NCBI GenBank assembly: GCA_951406725.2
Contig: OX597820.1
Coordinates: 92,504,001-92,568,000 of the forward strand
From: Octopus vulgaris
Lineage: Eukaryota
Direction of reading: 5' to 3'
Length of the DNA stretch: 64,000 nucleotides
The translations under genes were made by a program, and so were the position numbers. The notes under the pieces were generated by a model that was not told the DNA's origin, ran no database searches, and was given only the letters and a program-made list of their open reading frames with translations. Positions 40,210-53,580 of this stretch are shown here, piece by piece. How positions within the stretch are numbered: the stretch's first letter is position 1; each line of letters opens with the position of its first letter.

Positions 40210-40484
40210 ACATATGTAAAAGATAACAGTTTCAGTGTTTCATAAGTGGCTCATCAACGAAGGTAAACGTATATCCTACACATAATTATTCCTTATGCTA
40301 CCTTCATTTACATTTGTATCATTTCGTGAAGTCTCATTGCTTAGAAGGAATTATATTATAACCCCTGTTTTTACCACAACCGCCAACATATGAGCATATG
40401 TATTTGTTTATTGTGTATTGTTCATGATAAAGTTTTACCCTGTATATATCGCAGTATCATAGACTATATGTACATATTCACCAT

Positions 40485-40665
40485 GCATACATGATGGCTG
40501 CCCCCTCGTTATCGAGTATGGCCATTGCACGAAGCTTAACTGTTATTGGTGCTGAGTTTCGAATGTGACATTTTAGCCCAGCTAAAGATCTACAATGTCT
40601 TGTACAGAATAGGCAGCTAAAACCTTTACCAGCAATAGCCGACTGTAGTTGTAACTGGGCTTCAA
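40485..40665 (-). mobile_element. Short RTE-type LINE 3' end with C2H2-like finger
   Basis: GFSCLFCTRHCRSLAGLKCHIRN followed by a short GGCCATACTCGATAACGAGGGGGCAGCCATCAT tail. Confidence 0.6.
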
Positions 40666-43600
40666 CATGTATGTATATATACATACACACATTCAAATAC
40701 TCACACACACAAACACATATGTATACAAAAGATATAGTAGCAATAGTTCTGTAACTATACATATATTTTTTACTTTATATATCAATGGAACAGAACAAAA
40801 GTTATACAGATCATTGACATAGAGCTTACTCAAAAAATATGCTCAGTATCTTTGTATTTTTATTTCTGCAGCTAATCAATATTGAGCAAATGTCTATTTA
40901 ACCAAGCGTAAAACGTAAAACCGACATGTTCAATTTTAAGCCAGTGGCGATTTGTATTTGATTGTTTGAAATGAGTTTGACACGATATTATATTTTTCTG
41001 CTTTGGTTCATGTAGGCTCGTTGCTTGAAATATAAAGATTAACACGCAGTGACAACAGATGTGTGTGGAAAAGAACGATTACATATAGCCTCGTCAAGAT
41101 TTTATATATTGAATGGCGCCGTTCTGCTTTCTCGGAAAATAACTTGACAGGTCATTTCGAAAACAACAATCCAATGTTAGCTTTTTAATCTGAAATACAA
41201 AATCTAATAATCAATAGGGTATTAATAGTATGCTAACGATAATTTAGCTTAGCGCAATGAAAAAAGAAATGGCGCCAGTAAGCTGATGATGCAGTTACTC
41301 ACTTTATTTCAATTCTTAAGTAATTGAACTATAATCATATTTGAAGCACGACGTAGAAAGGAAGAAGCTTGCGCCAATGATTCTGAACATTTTGTAAATT
41401 CTCCACAGTTATTTATAAAAGAAATTTCCAGGCTCTGAATATCGCAAATGTAAGAAATTGTATTATAAAATTTATACTTGATAGAGCAAATACCTCCAGT
41501 TTAAATCAAATCGAAATTTCGAAATTTTATTTCTGTTTTCGCAGAAAATAGCTTGTAAAATCAAGATTAAACAAAAATTTAAAACATAAATTTACTAGGA
41601 AATATATATTTTTTTTTTGTAAATCAATTTTATTAGGGAAAAAAAGAATTGACGGTTCAATAGCAAAAATCACGATCATTTGTTGCAAAGCAAATAATGT
41701 TATACAAACTTCGAAGTGAGAAGAATTATTCTTATTTACCGATATTTGGTGACATGCTAGTATTAAGAAGTGATCACTGATGCGCATGTAACGAAAGCAG
41801 CATAAACCTGACTACATACGAATATAGATATACAAATGTCGATTGACGATGGACAACTATAATTGATTTTAAGTTTCCTTATTGTTCCCTTAACTGTAAA
41901 TATTTAGTTCAGCTGCACAGGGAGTGCGCATCAATGGCAAAACCAGTACATCACACATGAGCGGCTACAAAGCTGAATTAATTTAGGTGACTGAAGGAAG
42001 AAACCAGGGGACGCTATCTGCATGGAAGAAAATAATAGGTTAAATACTTGTAAGAAAAGAATAGATTTCAATGAATTACAATTACTTTTATATTGAGCAG
42101 ATGATAAACTAGGCTCAGTTACTAATGTTAAGCAAATTCGGTCAGGGCAATGGGAGAGATAACTCAAGAATTGTAATAGAAATTTCAACTACGCATTCAG
42201 TGGGTAGACGAAAATATCCACTCAAGAATTTTGTTAAGGACAGTTGGAATTCCGATATACTTCGGTTATCTTAGGATTTTTCAGCATTTTCTTCCAATGC
42301 TTATTAGAGTGATAGAAAATTCTTGCATCGATGTACAACAAATGTATACAAGACGAAGTAAAACTTATTATCCAGAGACACCATCCATATTAAAAATATT
42401 GGCCGAGTGCTAACAAATCTCCTGTAAAGAAAAGATGTATATTAGGAATCTGGAATGTTGGAATATATGAAGTTTCCGCATATTTCCCCCCTACTAATGC
42501 AATCTTCAAGAAAGGAACCAGTTTCAACAGAACGCCACATGCTCAAGTTCCATAACATGAACTTTAAAAATTGGCCATTACGAACTACAGTGGTTAACTG
42601 AGTTCCTTTGATTACTTAAGAGAAAAATAACTTCAACCATAGATAACCAGTTGCTATATCAGTGATTCACAAAAGAAGTCAGACAAAAGTTGTAGTTGCT
42701 TTCATCATTTATTAAGAAAGAGATGGGTTGTGGAAGGTGCAGTTGTACAATGGCTGATCGGTCAGTTTAACTGCATAGTATTTACACTGGGAAAAGTTTT
42801 GGTTTTGACTTCAAGAGAATGTTTATATTTTTCTGTCACTTTTCTTATTTTCTTTTGTATTTCTTCTGTTTCTATTCCATTTTCATTTTTAAAGACCCTG
42901 TCAATTTGCAATATTATCCGAAAAATAAAAGAGCATTGCTATGGTTTTCAAATCTCTCATGAACTTTATTCATGCTATGTTTCATGTCGCTATTCAATGG
43001 CTTCTCTGTTAAAACTTATTACAAGATGAATTATTGTCTGTTATTTTCAAAGGTTCATTTTCAGTATCACCTCAGGTTCAATTAAAATTTTTCTAAACGT
43101 TTTATTTCACTCTCAATATCTGCGTTCTTTTGTAAAGATAGTTTAAATGAGAGACTATAGTACGTTGTTTACTGGTTTCTGTCGTATCTGTTAGATTTTA
43201 ATCACTGGAATTATAATCTGCTCTACTGACTTACAGATCCATTCTCAGAGAAATGTTCCACGTATGTTTTTGTACTAATTTTATGTTACTTATTATTAAC
43301 AAGCATACGTTTGTGTTGGGAACTGAAACGTTTATATTTACATATATATATAGAAACGTTTTCTACTGTAGTGAATGAGACTATTTGAAAATTCTGAAAT
43401 GTTTCTCTATCTTACAATATTGCGTATTATTGGCATCCGACGTAGAGATATAATATGTACAATATACAGTAAATAATTCCCTTCCGCTCCTCTGTATATT
43501 ATAACTGCATTATATCAGACTGGGAGATCTCGATAGCAATAACCACTCGAATGTTAGGCAAGTACCTTTTGCGATAGCTACAAGTCGTTTGAACTCTGTA

Positions 43601-44346
43601 AGTGAAAGTAAGCAAATAAAAATCTTATGTACAAGGAAGACACACAAATTCTGAGATCAAATATTCGAAACAATTTTATCTGATTTAATTGTGTGTTGAT
43701 AGAGCTTAGAATGTAAGATACAAGTTAGCTATTTGGTGTACAATGATAATGTCTTTATACTATCTGATTTGACCACGTTAAGGAAACAAATTATAAAAAA
43801 TTCATGAGATAAGTAATAATGCTGCTTAAAGATAACAGGTGTTTAAAGCAAATAGAACAGAGCAGAGTAAGAACATCAATAACATGTTGTCCACACCTAG
43901 TTCCGTCATTATAGCCTCAGGTTGTGTATAACAATTCGATATAATGTGAAAAGGAAATATTTAAGTATTATATATTCATGTATATCTATAATACACCTCT
44001 CTTTTATTATAACCATTATTATAACCATTATAATCAGAACTGCAGTGTTCTTTTATTATTTTCTTCTCATTTTTGATAAGATTATTAAGAAAACGTAATT
44101 GTATATTTTGTCATCAAGATGGCTTGCACGAATGAAAACGAGGCGTTGAAGGTAAAAACGAACGCACTCAGAGTCCTTTCCCTTTCATACTGATGATAAA
44201 ATATTTTAGTCTTCTTTCAGCTGCAATTGAATTGGATAGCCTAATAAATTTCAACAATTCTATGCAGTAGACACATGCAGAAAACAAACAAAACTATAAT
44301 AATGTCTTCCATTTGAAACTTCAACTTTAAACGGTTAAAGCTATGT

Positions 44347-44402
<56 letters not shown>

Positions 44403-44424
44403 AACAAACAACCGAAAGAGAGCT

Positions 44425-44651
44425 TTTACTATTTTACTTTCAGTCATTTGACTGTGGCCATGCTGGAGCACCGCTTTTAGTCGAGTAAATCGACCCCAGG
44501 ACTTATTCTTTGTAAGCCTAGTACTTATTCTATCGGTCGCTAATGCCAAACCGCTAAGTTACAGAGGCATAAACACATCAGCATTGGTTGTCAAGCGATG
44601 TTCGGGGGGGGGGGGGCAAACACAAACACAAACGTATACACGCACACATGC

Positions 44652-44684
<33 letters not shown>

Positions 44685-44886
44685 CACACAAACATACATA
44701 CATACATGTATATACATATACATGATGGGGTTCTTTCAGTTTCCGTCTACGTAATCCACTCACAAGGCTTTGGTCGGGCAGAGGCTATAGTAGAATACAA
44801 TTGCCCAAGGTGCCACGCAGTGGGACTGAACCCGGAACCATGTGGTTCGTCAGAAATTTACTTACCACACAACCACTCCTACGCCT
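44425..44886 (-). mobile_element. SINE family B, full length with internal microsatellite
   Basis: Minus-strand head GGCGTAGGAGTGGTTGTGTGGTAAG..GGTTCCGGGTTCAGTCCCACTGCGTGGCACCTTGGGCAA (tRNA-like A and B boxes), running through to the GCTCCAGCATGGCCACAGTCAAATGACTGAAA tail. Confidence 0.85.
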
Positions 44887-45800
44887 ACAAATAGTTTTAT
44901 GAGCTACTAATAGTTTTATGCTATTATGATACTTGAACAGGCATATTTATAAAACACGGCATGTATCTTAAAGCAATCTTTCAGGCTCTTTTTATGCGTT
45001 ATATATAATTTTTATATATGTATATATATGTACATTTTATTTGAACGTTTCGATATTATTCTTTAGCTCCGAGTGAAAACTGGTAAACCTTGCCTTTTTC
45101 AAGATACAGAGTCGGCAATATGTTTTACTTCTTGAAGACGGTAAAATAGTATTTTAAAAGTATTTACTTCCTTTTTCCTTGTAGACCAGCGCCGTTGACT
45201 TGAAGATTATGACCTTGCACAATATTATTATTAAGTTGCTAAATAAATGTAGTGATTTAGATGCGCATTCATGTTTTTGTATAAAATATTTTTCAACAGA
45301 GGTTCATCTAACTCCTGAATATCTCGTGTAGAATGTCTGTTGCGTAGTAAGGTTAGAATACCACAATGATTATACATGAATAGAAAATGTATGACTGAAC
45401 GTTCGTGCATACAGTTAAGTAAATCAGTAATCAAGAGTCAGAGAGGCTTGCGCAAATTTTGTTCAAAGCAATATTTCCATTTATAGTCAGGTTTCTGTGT
45501 GAAGCATCGATCCCATAAAGTGAAAAAGCAAGTGATGTACAATAAACGTCGAAAGGACACTTTGGGGAAAGACATTAGAAAGGATTCTATTAAGGAGAAT
45601 ACGTAGGCTTCATGTTTTCCCTCTCGGAGGGATCCTAGCATCGAAATCGTTTAGCGCTAGATTGTCCACAGCGCACTGCATTTTTTAAAGAGAGTATGGT
45701 GTCATTCAAATGTTATTTCTAAAAAATCAAATGTCTTATTTAGAGGTTCGGCAATAGTTCTCCTTTTGACTTTATAGCAGAAATATTATAATTCAGAAGA

Positions 45801-46020
45801 GGGCGGCGACCTGGCAAAATCGTTAGCATTACCTGGCAAAATACTTTGTGGCATTTCGTCCGTTCTTCAGTTTTGTGTTCACATTTCGCCGAGGTCGACT
45901 TTGCATTTCATCATATCAAGAGCGATAGCATAAGTATCAGTTGAGTACTAGGCTCATTGCAATGACTAAAACCCACCAGCACTACTACGAAAATTGCGGG
46001 CTTTGTACGAAAATCTGAAA
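45801..46020 (+). mobile_element. SINE family A, diverged
   Basis: GGCGGCGACCTGGCAAAATCGTTAGCA..CGCCGAGGTCGACTTTGC. Confidence 0.75.
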
Positions 46021-46926
46021 CCTATTTGTGAAATACAATCTAAGGTTTGCAAGTTAGCAGTTCAAGTTGGCAAGAAAGCATTTAATACTGGTGGATTTGT
46101 ATAGTTATTATAATGCCCTCCTTTAGTCAATAGCTAGCTAGTTATGTACATAATCTACTCAAGTCAGTCGCCTATTCTCTCGTCATTGATATTAATTTAT
46201 CCCCCTTGCCTAGATGCCACAATAGTCATTCACTATGTTGTCATCTGACAGTGATCGAATAAGAACATCAACTCCATTTATCTTATCAGTCATAAATGAC
46301 GGCTAGCAAGTGTCATAAAATAATCATATTCTGCTTTATTAAATAATTAACACAAAACAAAAAATTTTTCCACGGGACACATTGTAAACAATTTCACAGT
46401 CTAATGATAAGCCTTGACAAATGGATGCGCATATGCACATACCACCACTCATTATATATCATTATATACCGAGAAAACGAAAGAGAATTTAAGGAGGCAA
46501 ACAGCTCCTAGGAAACCGTAACCATATTGTACGCTTATACGTACTGTATACCGCCATATTAAACATAGAAAATCACTTTCGATAATATAATCGTAGAAAA
46601 ACTATAAACGAAGAAAAGTGGGCGGCTTTGTCAATGCTGAAATAGCTTTTATCATAAGTGTCCTCCATTAGAGCTGAGTTTGAGACTAAGTAAAAATACA
46701 GCAACCAATATTATAAAATGCTACTATAAATAGAGTTTCGTTCGAAAAAAGACATATTTAAAGTAACGTTCAAGTTGTAGATATAACAATAAAATGTCAA
46801 AATATAAGCTGGCCCACAAAATACTTACATTTTCGCTGATATCCTCTGAAGAAAATAAGCTTTGCAGATCCCCTGTGATCGTAAAATGTTTCTCTTCGAC
46901 AATTGCAAGTCAATGGCTGCAGGTCA

Positions 46927-46958
<32 letters not shown>

Positions 46959-47652
46959 ACTCATATGGAAAACGAAAGCATTTCAGAGGACCAACAATAC
47001 TAGAAATAACAACTAATCAAAGAGGTTATTCCGAGTTCTTGTAGTGAGGAACATATAGATCATCGATAAAAAAAAATGACTTGTAGAAAACACAAGATGA
47101 ATACGTAATATATAACTAAATTGGATTCGATTCAGAGAATCAATGTGGAATATTCAAGAAGTGAAGTGAACATTACTTCGATGGAAACAATAAAAGTTTT
47201 GAGTTACAGTTGCAGATTTCGATAAATTTTGTTTCCAAATACTTTTCTAAATATATATGTTTGACTTGTATTTATCTATCTTTTACTATGTTTTGATATC
47301 TAATTGGTTATCTCTAAATATGTTTATCGCTTTAGCCCCGCATCGACATTTGTTGATTTATTTTTCTATGACTTTAGCCACTCATCTGTTTATTTATATT
47401 TCTGCGTCACCGACTTTCTTTTTCTACTCCCACTTTTCTCTCTCTCTCTCCTTCTCTCTCCCTCACTCTGTATACATACATACTTACATACATAGATATA
47501 TATATATATATGAATATATATATATAAAATATATATATATATATTTATATACATATATATGTGTATATATATGTATATAAATATATATATATATATGAAT
47601 ATATATATATAATATATATATATATTTATTTACATATATATGTGTATATATA

Positions 47653-47732
<80 letters not shown>

Positions 47733-48377
47733 TGTTTTTCTGTCCATTTATATATGTAAGGTCATCTAAGCATACAAATATACACACATAAATATCTTTC
47801 CATGTTTACATTTAAACAAAGTGAAACGAAGCGTACAAAGATTAAGAGAATATGAAATAAATTTGTACTGTGACCACTCATGCTTATATATCCGTTTTCA
47901 TTTGCCCTTTATATCTACACGCCTCACTTAGTGTTGTTTCTCTGTAAACATATATTCGCCTTTTAAATCTATAAATTTAATCCAATTACATATCTTTATT
48001 ATTATTAAAGGTGCGAGGGTGGTAGCTTTGTTATGTGGGATGGTCATATTACACAGGGTATTGGATTGTAAGAACTGTATAATGTCCTAATGAATGATGT
48101 ACTATAACGTGCTTTCTTCAAATCCATCCAAACTTAACCGTACATTTCATGCAGGAATCAGAAGTATAAAATACCAGTGAAAAAGTGGGGTCAATGTAAT
48201 CTACAATACCCAATTCGTCAAGTGAGAGGTCACTTTCCTATGTTTGAAATAATTTTTAAGAGCGTTCTTTACAGAATCGGAAAATAGCCGGACTAAATTC
48301 ATAATTGTTCAGTTCACGTTTGAGCTCTAGTCGAACCATTGCAGCTTTGTTCCACATCCCTTGAGCGATTTTTAACA

Positions 48378-50135
48378 GCCAGGAGTGACTGTGTGATAAG
48401 AGGCTTGCTCCCCAACCACATGGTTCCGGGTTCAGTTCCACTGCGTGGTACCTTGGGTAAGTATTTTCTACCACAGCCTCAGGAAGCTCAACAAAGTCGA
48501 TCGAACAAAGTCGATCTGTGAGTCGATCTGGTACGCGGAAACTCTAAGAAGGCCGTCGTGTATATATATATATATATGTGTGTGTGTGTATGTATATATA
48601 TATATATATATGCATGTGTGTGTGTGTGTATAGGGGTTTGACAAAATAATGGAGACACCTAGCATCATAGCAACGTCTAAGGCTTGTTTATTTTTTTTTA
48701 TTATTATTATTAGTGTTGCGTAATATGTTTTGCTAAATTCCTGCTTTTTTTTTCAAATATCATCAGAAAAAGCCAATTAAAATTCATTAAAATAACAGAT
48801 CTAGCGGACATTCAAAGAGGACAAATTGTTGGTGCTCGTATGGCAAGGGCTAACGTAACGAAAACAGTTGAAATGCTTGGTGTATCAAGAAGTACTGTCT
48901 CCAAAGTAATCGCAGCCTTTGAGAGAGAGGAAGAAAACTCCTCGTTGAAACAAATCTATGGAAGAAAACCAAAAGATTCAGGTAGGGACCGTCGAACTTA
49001 CGCGAATTGTTAGAAAGGATCACAAAAGTACAGATCTCAAAATTACTGCAGAGCTTAATGGCCAACTTGGGAACCCAGTTTTCACAAAAACTGTTCACCG
49101 AGAGAAGCTACACAAAGCCAGGTTTCATGGGAGGGTTGCAATCAGAAAACCACTGCTTTCAAATACAAATGTTGCAAAGCATTTAGAGTTGAGTAAAAAC
49201 CTACAAAATTGGTCCGTAGAGCTGTTGAAGGATGTTACTTTCTCGAAGGAGTCATCCTTTACCGTATTTCCGGCCATCGGCTGAGTATACGTGTGGAGAC
49301 AGCCAAAAGAAGCATTTGACCCATACTACCTTCTTCCAACTCTTAAACATGGAGGATGATCTGTGATGATCTGGAAATCCGCCGAACTAATAGTTTCCCT
49401 TCATGGCAGAATTAATAGTGAAGACTATTCAAGCATTTTATCTGATCAAATTCATCCTATGGTTGCAGAACTGTTTCCGGAGGAAGACGCAATTTTTCAG
49501 GATGATAATGCACCAATTCACACTGCTAAAGTTGTTACTGAATGGCGCAAGGAACATCAAGTGAAGTTGAACATCTTATCTGGCCACCACAGTCCTCAGA
49601 TCTCAATATTATTGAACATTTATGGTGCATTTTAGAAAAATAAATAAGGTGTCGATATCTTCCACTATCATCACTGCAAGAACTGGAGACTGTTTTAGCT
49701 GAAGAAGGGACAAAAATTTCTTTGGAAACAATTCAAACTTTGTATGAGTCCATGCCTTGTAGACTTCAAGCTGTAATTACTGCCAAAGGCGGTCCTACCC
49801 AATATTAGAATAAATTTATTTGAAATTTTAAGGTGTTTCCATCATTTTGTCTAACCCCTGTGTGTATATATACATACATGTGTGTGTGTATGTGTGTGTG
49901 TGTGTGTATGTACATACATAGATATGTATTTGTGTGTCTGTATTCGTAAGCCCCTCCATCATTTGACGACCGATGTTGGTGTGTTTACATCCAGTAGCAC
50001 AGCGGCGCGGCAAAAAAAGATAGAATAAGTACTAGACTTGGAAAGAATAAGTCGTGGGGTCGATTTCTTCGACTAAAGGCGGTGCTCTAGCATGACAAGT
50101 GTCAAATGACTAAAATAAGTAAAAGAATAAATGAA
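48378..50135 (+). mobile_element. SINE family B split by a Tc1 insertion (5' half ~48378-48560, 3' half ~49920-50135)
   Basis: The two halves are collinear with the full copy at 44425-44886; the Tc1 lies in the internal TA/TG tract. Confidence 0.8.
48631..49860 (+). mobile_element. Tc1-family (DD34E) transposon, full length but inactivated
   Basis: 30-bp TIRs TAGGGGTTTGACAAAATAATGGAGACACCT / AGGTGTTTCCATCATTTTGTCTAACCCCTG with 4 mismatches. HTH start DIQRGQIVGARM, FSKES (first catalytic D lost), FQDDNAPIH, PDLNIIE; stops and frameshifts present. Confidence 0.93.
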
Positions 50136-50159
50136 TGACAGAGTATATATATATATATA

Positions 50160-50953
50160 TACCAAACTTGCATAAAGATATCTTGAAATCCTAGATTAAA
50201 GTTACTCAATAAAATCGCAGCTGGCTTCATCCACGGCCTCAAGACGACTTCGGAATCTCCTGCAGCTCTTCTGGACGGTTCCCTTGTTTATGTTGGTGAA
50301 CGCTGCTACAATCCTTTCCTTCAATTCATCAGTGGTGTGACAAGGAGTTTTGATGGTCTCTCGTTCAACTGCGCCCCCACACGTTCTAATGAAAGCGGCT
50401 ACAGTCTGGGAAGTTAGGTGGCCGGATGTTAGGGTTGATGTGGTCGCAGAAATTGTCTGAGAACCATGACTGAGTTCTCCTGCTTTTGTGATATGGTGCA
50501 GATCTTTTTTGCTACATATAAGGTCTTCCAGCAGCCACCATCTTGTCTCAGCTCTTCCTTCTCCTGCCACTTGATGTAGGCATCCGTGTTGATTCTGAGG
50601 CAGTGTGGGAAGATGAATGGATGCATAATGTCACCATTACTAGTGATCACTTCAGACACCATGATGTTGATTGAATGTTTGATATTTATCACTCCCGGTA
50701 CATTTTCTCAGATTGCACTGGCCTTAGATTGACGCCCAAGCACTCTGAAATGTACGTATTAGAGCTTCCGTTACGAATGCCAAGCAGTACAGCATGTCCC
50801 TTCTAAATTTCTGGCCGAATGAATTGCGTCATGGTGCCGTTTTCTGACAGACGGTGCCCAACTGAACCTACTATACTGTGTAGTCGACAAAATCAAAAAC
50901 TGTGCACATGCCCAAAATTAAAAATACGTGGCAACAATGTACACAATTTAACT

Positions 50954-50957
<4 letters not shown>
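50160..50957 (-). mobile_element. Tc1/mariner superfamily transposon, probably DD37D (maT-like), internally deleted
   Basis: IMVSEVITSNGDIMHPFIFP, WPPNFPDC and GAVERET..DELKERIVAAF..CRRFRSRLEAVDEASCDFIE on the minus strand. Confidence 0.75.
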
Positions 50958-51001
<44 letters not shown>

Positions 51002-51154
51002 AATGTATGTATGTATGTATGTATGTATGTATGTATGTATGTATGTATGTATGTATGTATGTGTATATGTGTGTCTGTGTGGGTTTGTGTGACTGTGTGT
51101 GTATTTGTGTATGAGTGTTTGTATGTGTGTTCGAAATACTGTAGCGAAAGTAAT

Positions 51155-51353
51155 ATTGGTTCCAAGGTGACAGAAGGCCGGCTGTTTTAGGGAGGGGCCA
51201 TGTAGATTAAATCGACCCCAGACCGCATGGGTTATTTATTTTATCGATGAAAGGACAAGCAGGCCTCCGCGGAATTTAACGTCTGAACGTAAAGACGGAC
51301 GAAATTCTGCTAAGCATGTTCCCCGACGCGCTAACGATTTTCAGCTTACCGCC
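51155..51353 (-). mobile_element. SINE family A, diverged
   Basis: CCGCGGAATTTAACGTCTGAACGTAAAGACGGACGAAAT..GCTAACGATT..CCGCC. Confidence 0.7.
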
Positions 51354-52959
51354 ATAATAAACATAAGTAATATTAATTTCTAAAATTTCATATGGTTAAA
51401 CTTCTGTGACAAACCTACTTATTCTGGGGCGCACTGAAACAAATCTAATGAGGAGCAAGCCAAAGGAGACACTGACCAGATTTGAAATCAAACGGATATT
51501 GTCAGATGGAAAGGAATTATCTTCAAAAATGTTTCCCTACTAATACACCGAAGATAAATGCAATTTCTAATTCTGAGATTTATTTTCCACACAAAAAGCA
51601 ATTTGAATATTTGAAAGATTTCTTCAGACTCATAATGTAGTTATGTTTTTAATCTTATATAAATGCATTCTAAATATCCCTAAGTAACAACAGAACCATC
51701 TTCAAAAACTAAATGAAAATTTCCATACCATCCGAGAAATTATAATTAAGTAAGATATCACATTTCCACCTGTCATTGCTTTTCCCCCTACTACTCATGT
51801 GCGTCTTTCTGTATTTCGCCGACTCCCTTAAACTCTCTTTCTATGTGTCCCTCATTACCATCCATGTCTGTTTCTCTTACTTCCTCTGTCTCTATTACTG
51901 TACTTCTTTTACCATCTCCTCTCTCTTACACTGTGAACACATTTTATTTAGCTCAGACCATCAGCAACACGTCTATAGGCATATCAGAACGTTAAAAATT
52001 TGTATTTCAAACTATCACTCAACAGTTATGCTGATAGGGTCAGCATAAATCAATAATTGGTTTCTTTTTCTATCACTGTTAAGAGAAACACCTTTTATTC
52101 TCCAATTTGGTGTTATTCACCGGATTTCAAAGCAATAAGTCTCATCAGGTGGGATCTCGTTTTTACGATCATAGCTGACATTGACTGCTGCAACTCCGAA
52201 AGTAATATCAAATAGGTACGTGGCCTAAGACAGCTTAAGTATTCTTCTCATTTTGATAGTCTTTCCATTTAAATTAAGATCTACTCCAATGCTATCAAAA
52301 GGCCATCAAAATTTGGATGGTCACAGCTGGAATGCTTTCATTCTAGATCTGTGCAATTACAAATGACCTGAGATTAAGCAGCGACTATAAATATTTTGAA
52401 CCAAAGTGAAATCACCTCACTAACTGATTCTCAACTCGTCTTTTCACTTATCACTTCACCATAATGTAATCTGCAGTTTATACAATTAGACCCATGTAAA
52501 ACTTTTGATCAAATCTTCTCTAAAGATAAAAGTTAAAGACAAATTGTTCTGTATCCTATACGCAAAAAAATGCTAGTTATTTTTTAAATAATTCTTAGAG
52601 ATAAAGAACAAAAAGGAAAAGAGCAAACAAGCAGTAAACGTTGACAATATTATTGCACCCAAAGAGGAAGATCATTTTAAGGAAATAGCAATTCATTTCT
52701 CAATTTTCATTTATATCGCGAGGGGAAAATAGCTGTTCCTTCGCAACATGCTTTCTTAGAGTTACATTGGTAGCCGTAACGAAGGATCTGTTTTGTTGTC
52801 ATTGTGTGACATGCCAGTGATAGCAGCAAAATTTTGTTCAAATCACATTGCTACCATTGATAATGTAGCGGACCTAAGGCTAAATGTCAACAGTGAGAAC
52901 GTCTGTATATAGATTTATTTTTAGACACACTCACACACACATACATATGTGTGTGTGTC

Positions 52960-53160
52960 CGTTTTTTCCCCACACAGCCGCTTGACAACAGTGGTTGTGT
53001 TTACGTCTCCATAAACTTGCGTTTCAATAAAAAAGAACCAATAGAATAACTAACAAGCTTTAAAAAACTAATGTGGTCCAATGATTCAACTAAACATTCT
53101 TAAAGGCGGCGCCCCGGCATGGCAGTAGTCTTATAACTGAAACAGGTAAACGATAAAAGA
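52960..53160 (+). mobile_element. SINE family B 3' half, diverged
   Basis: CCGCTTGACAAC..GTGTTTACGTC..AAGGCGGCGCCCCGGCATGGC..ACTGAAACAGGTAAA. Confidence 0.65.
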
Positions 53161-53443
53161 CATATGTATATGTCCACAAATATATGCTTTTTGAATATAT
53201 ATACATATACAACATATACATAATCTCTCTCCACCCCTACACACTCAATAATACTATAAAAAGAGACAATTCTCCTCCAAAAATTAAACTCTGAAGAAAC
53301 CACTAGAGTGGATGCAAGCGCTATATATGACTTATAAAAACATGTGACATATTAATAAATATCTGTAAATATAAAACTATCCAGATTTCTGAGTACCTTA
53401 TTTCTTCTAATATATAATACCTGTACATCACCTCCAAACCTTC

Positions 53444-53544
<101 letters not shown>

Positions 53545-53580
53545 CATGTATGTATGTATGTATACATATGTATTTATATA

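Noticed and set aside
41930-43260. Possible ancient LINE fragments
   Set aside because: No diagnostic motif could be read with confidence.
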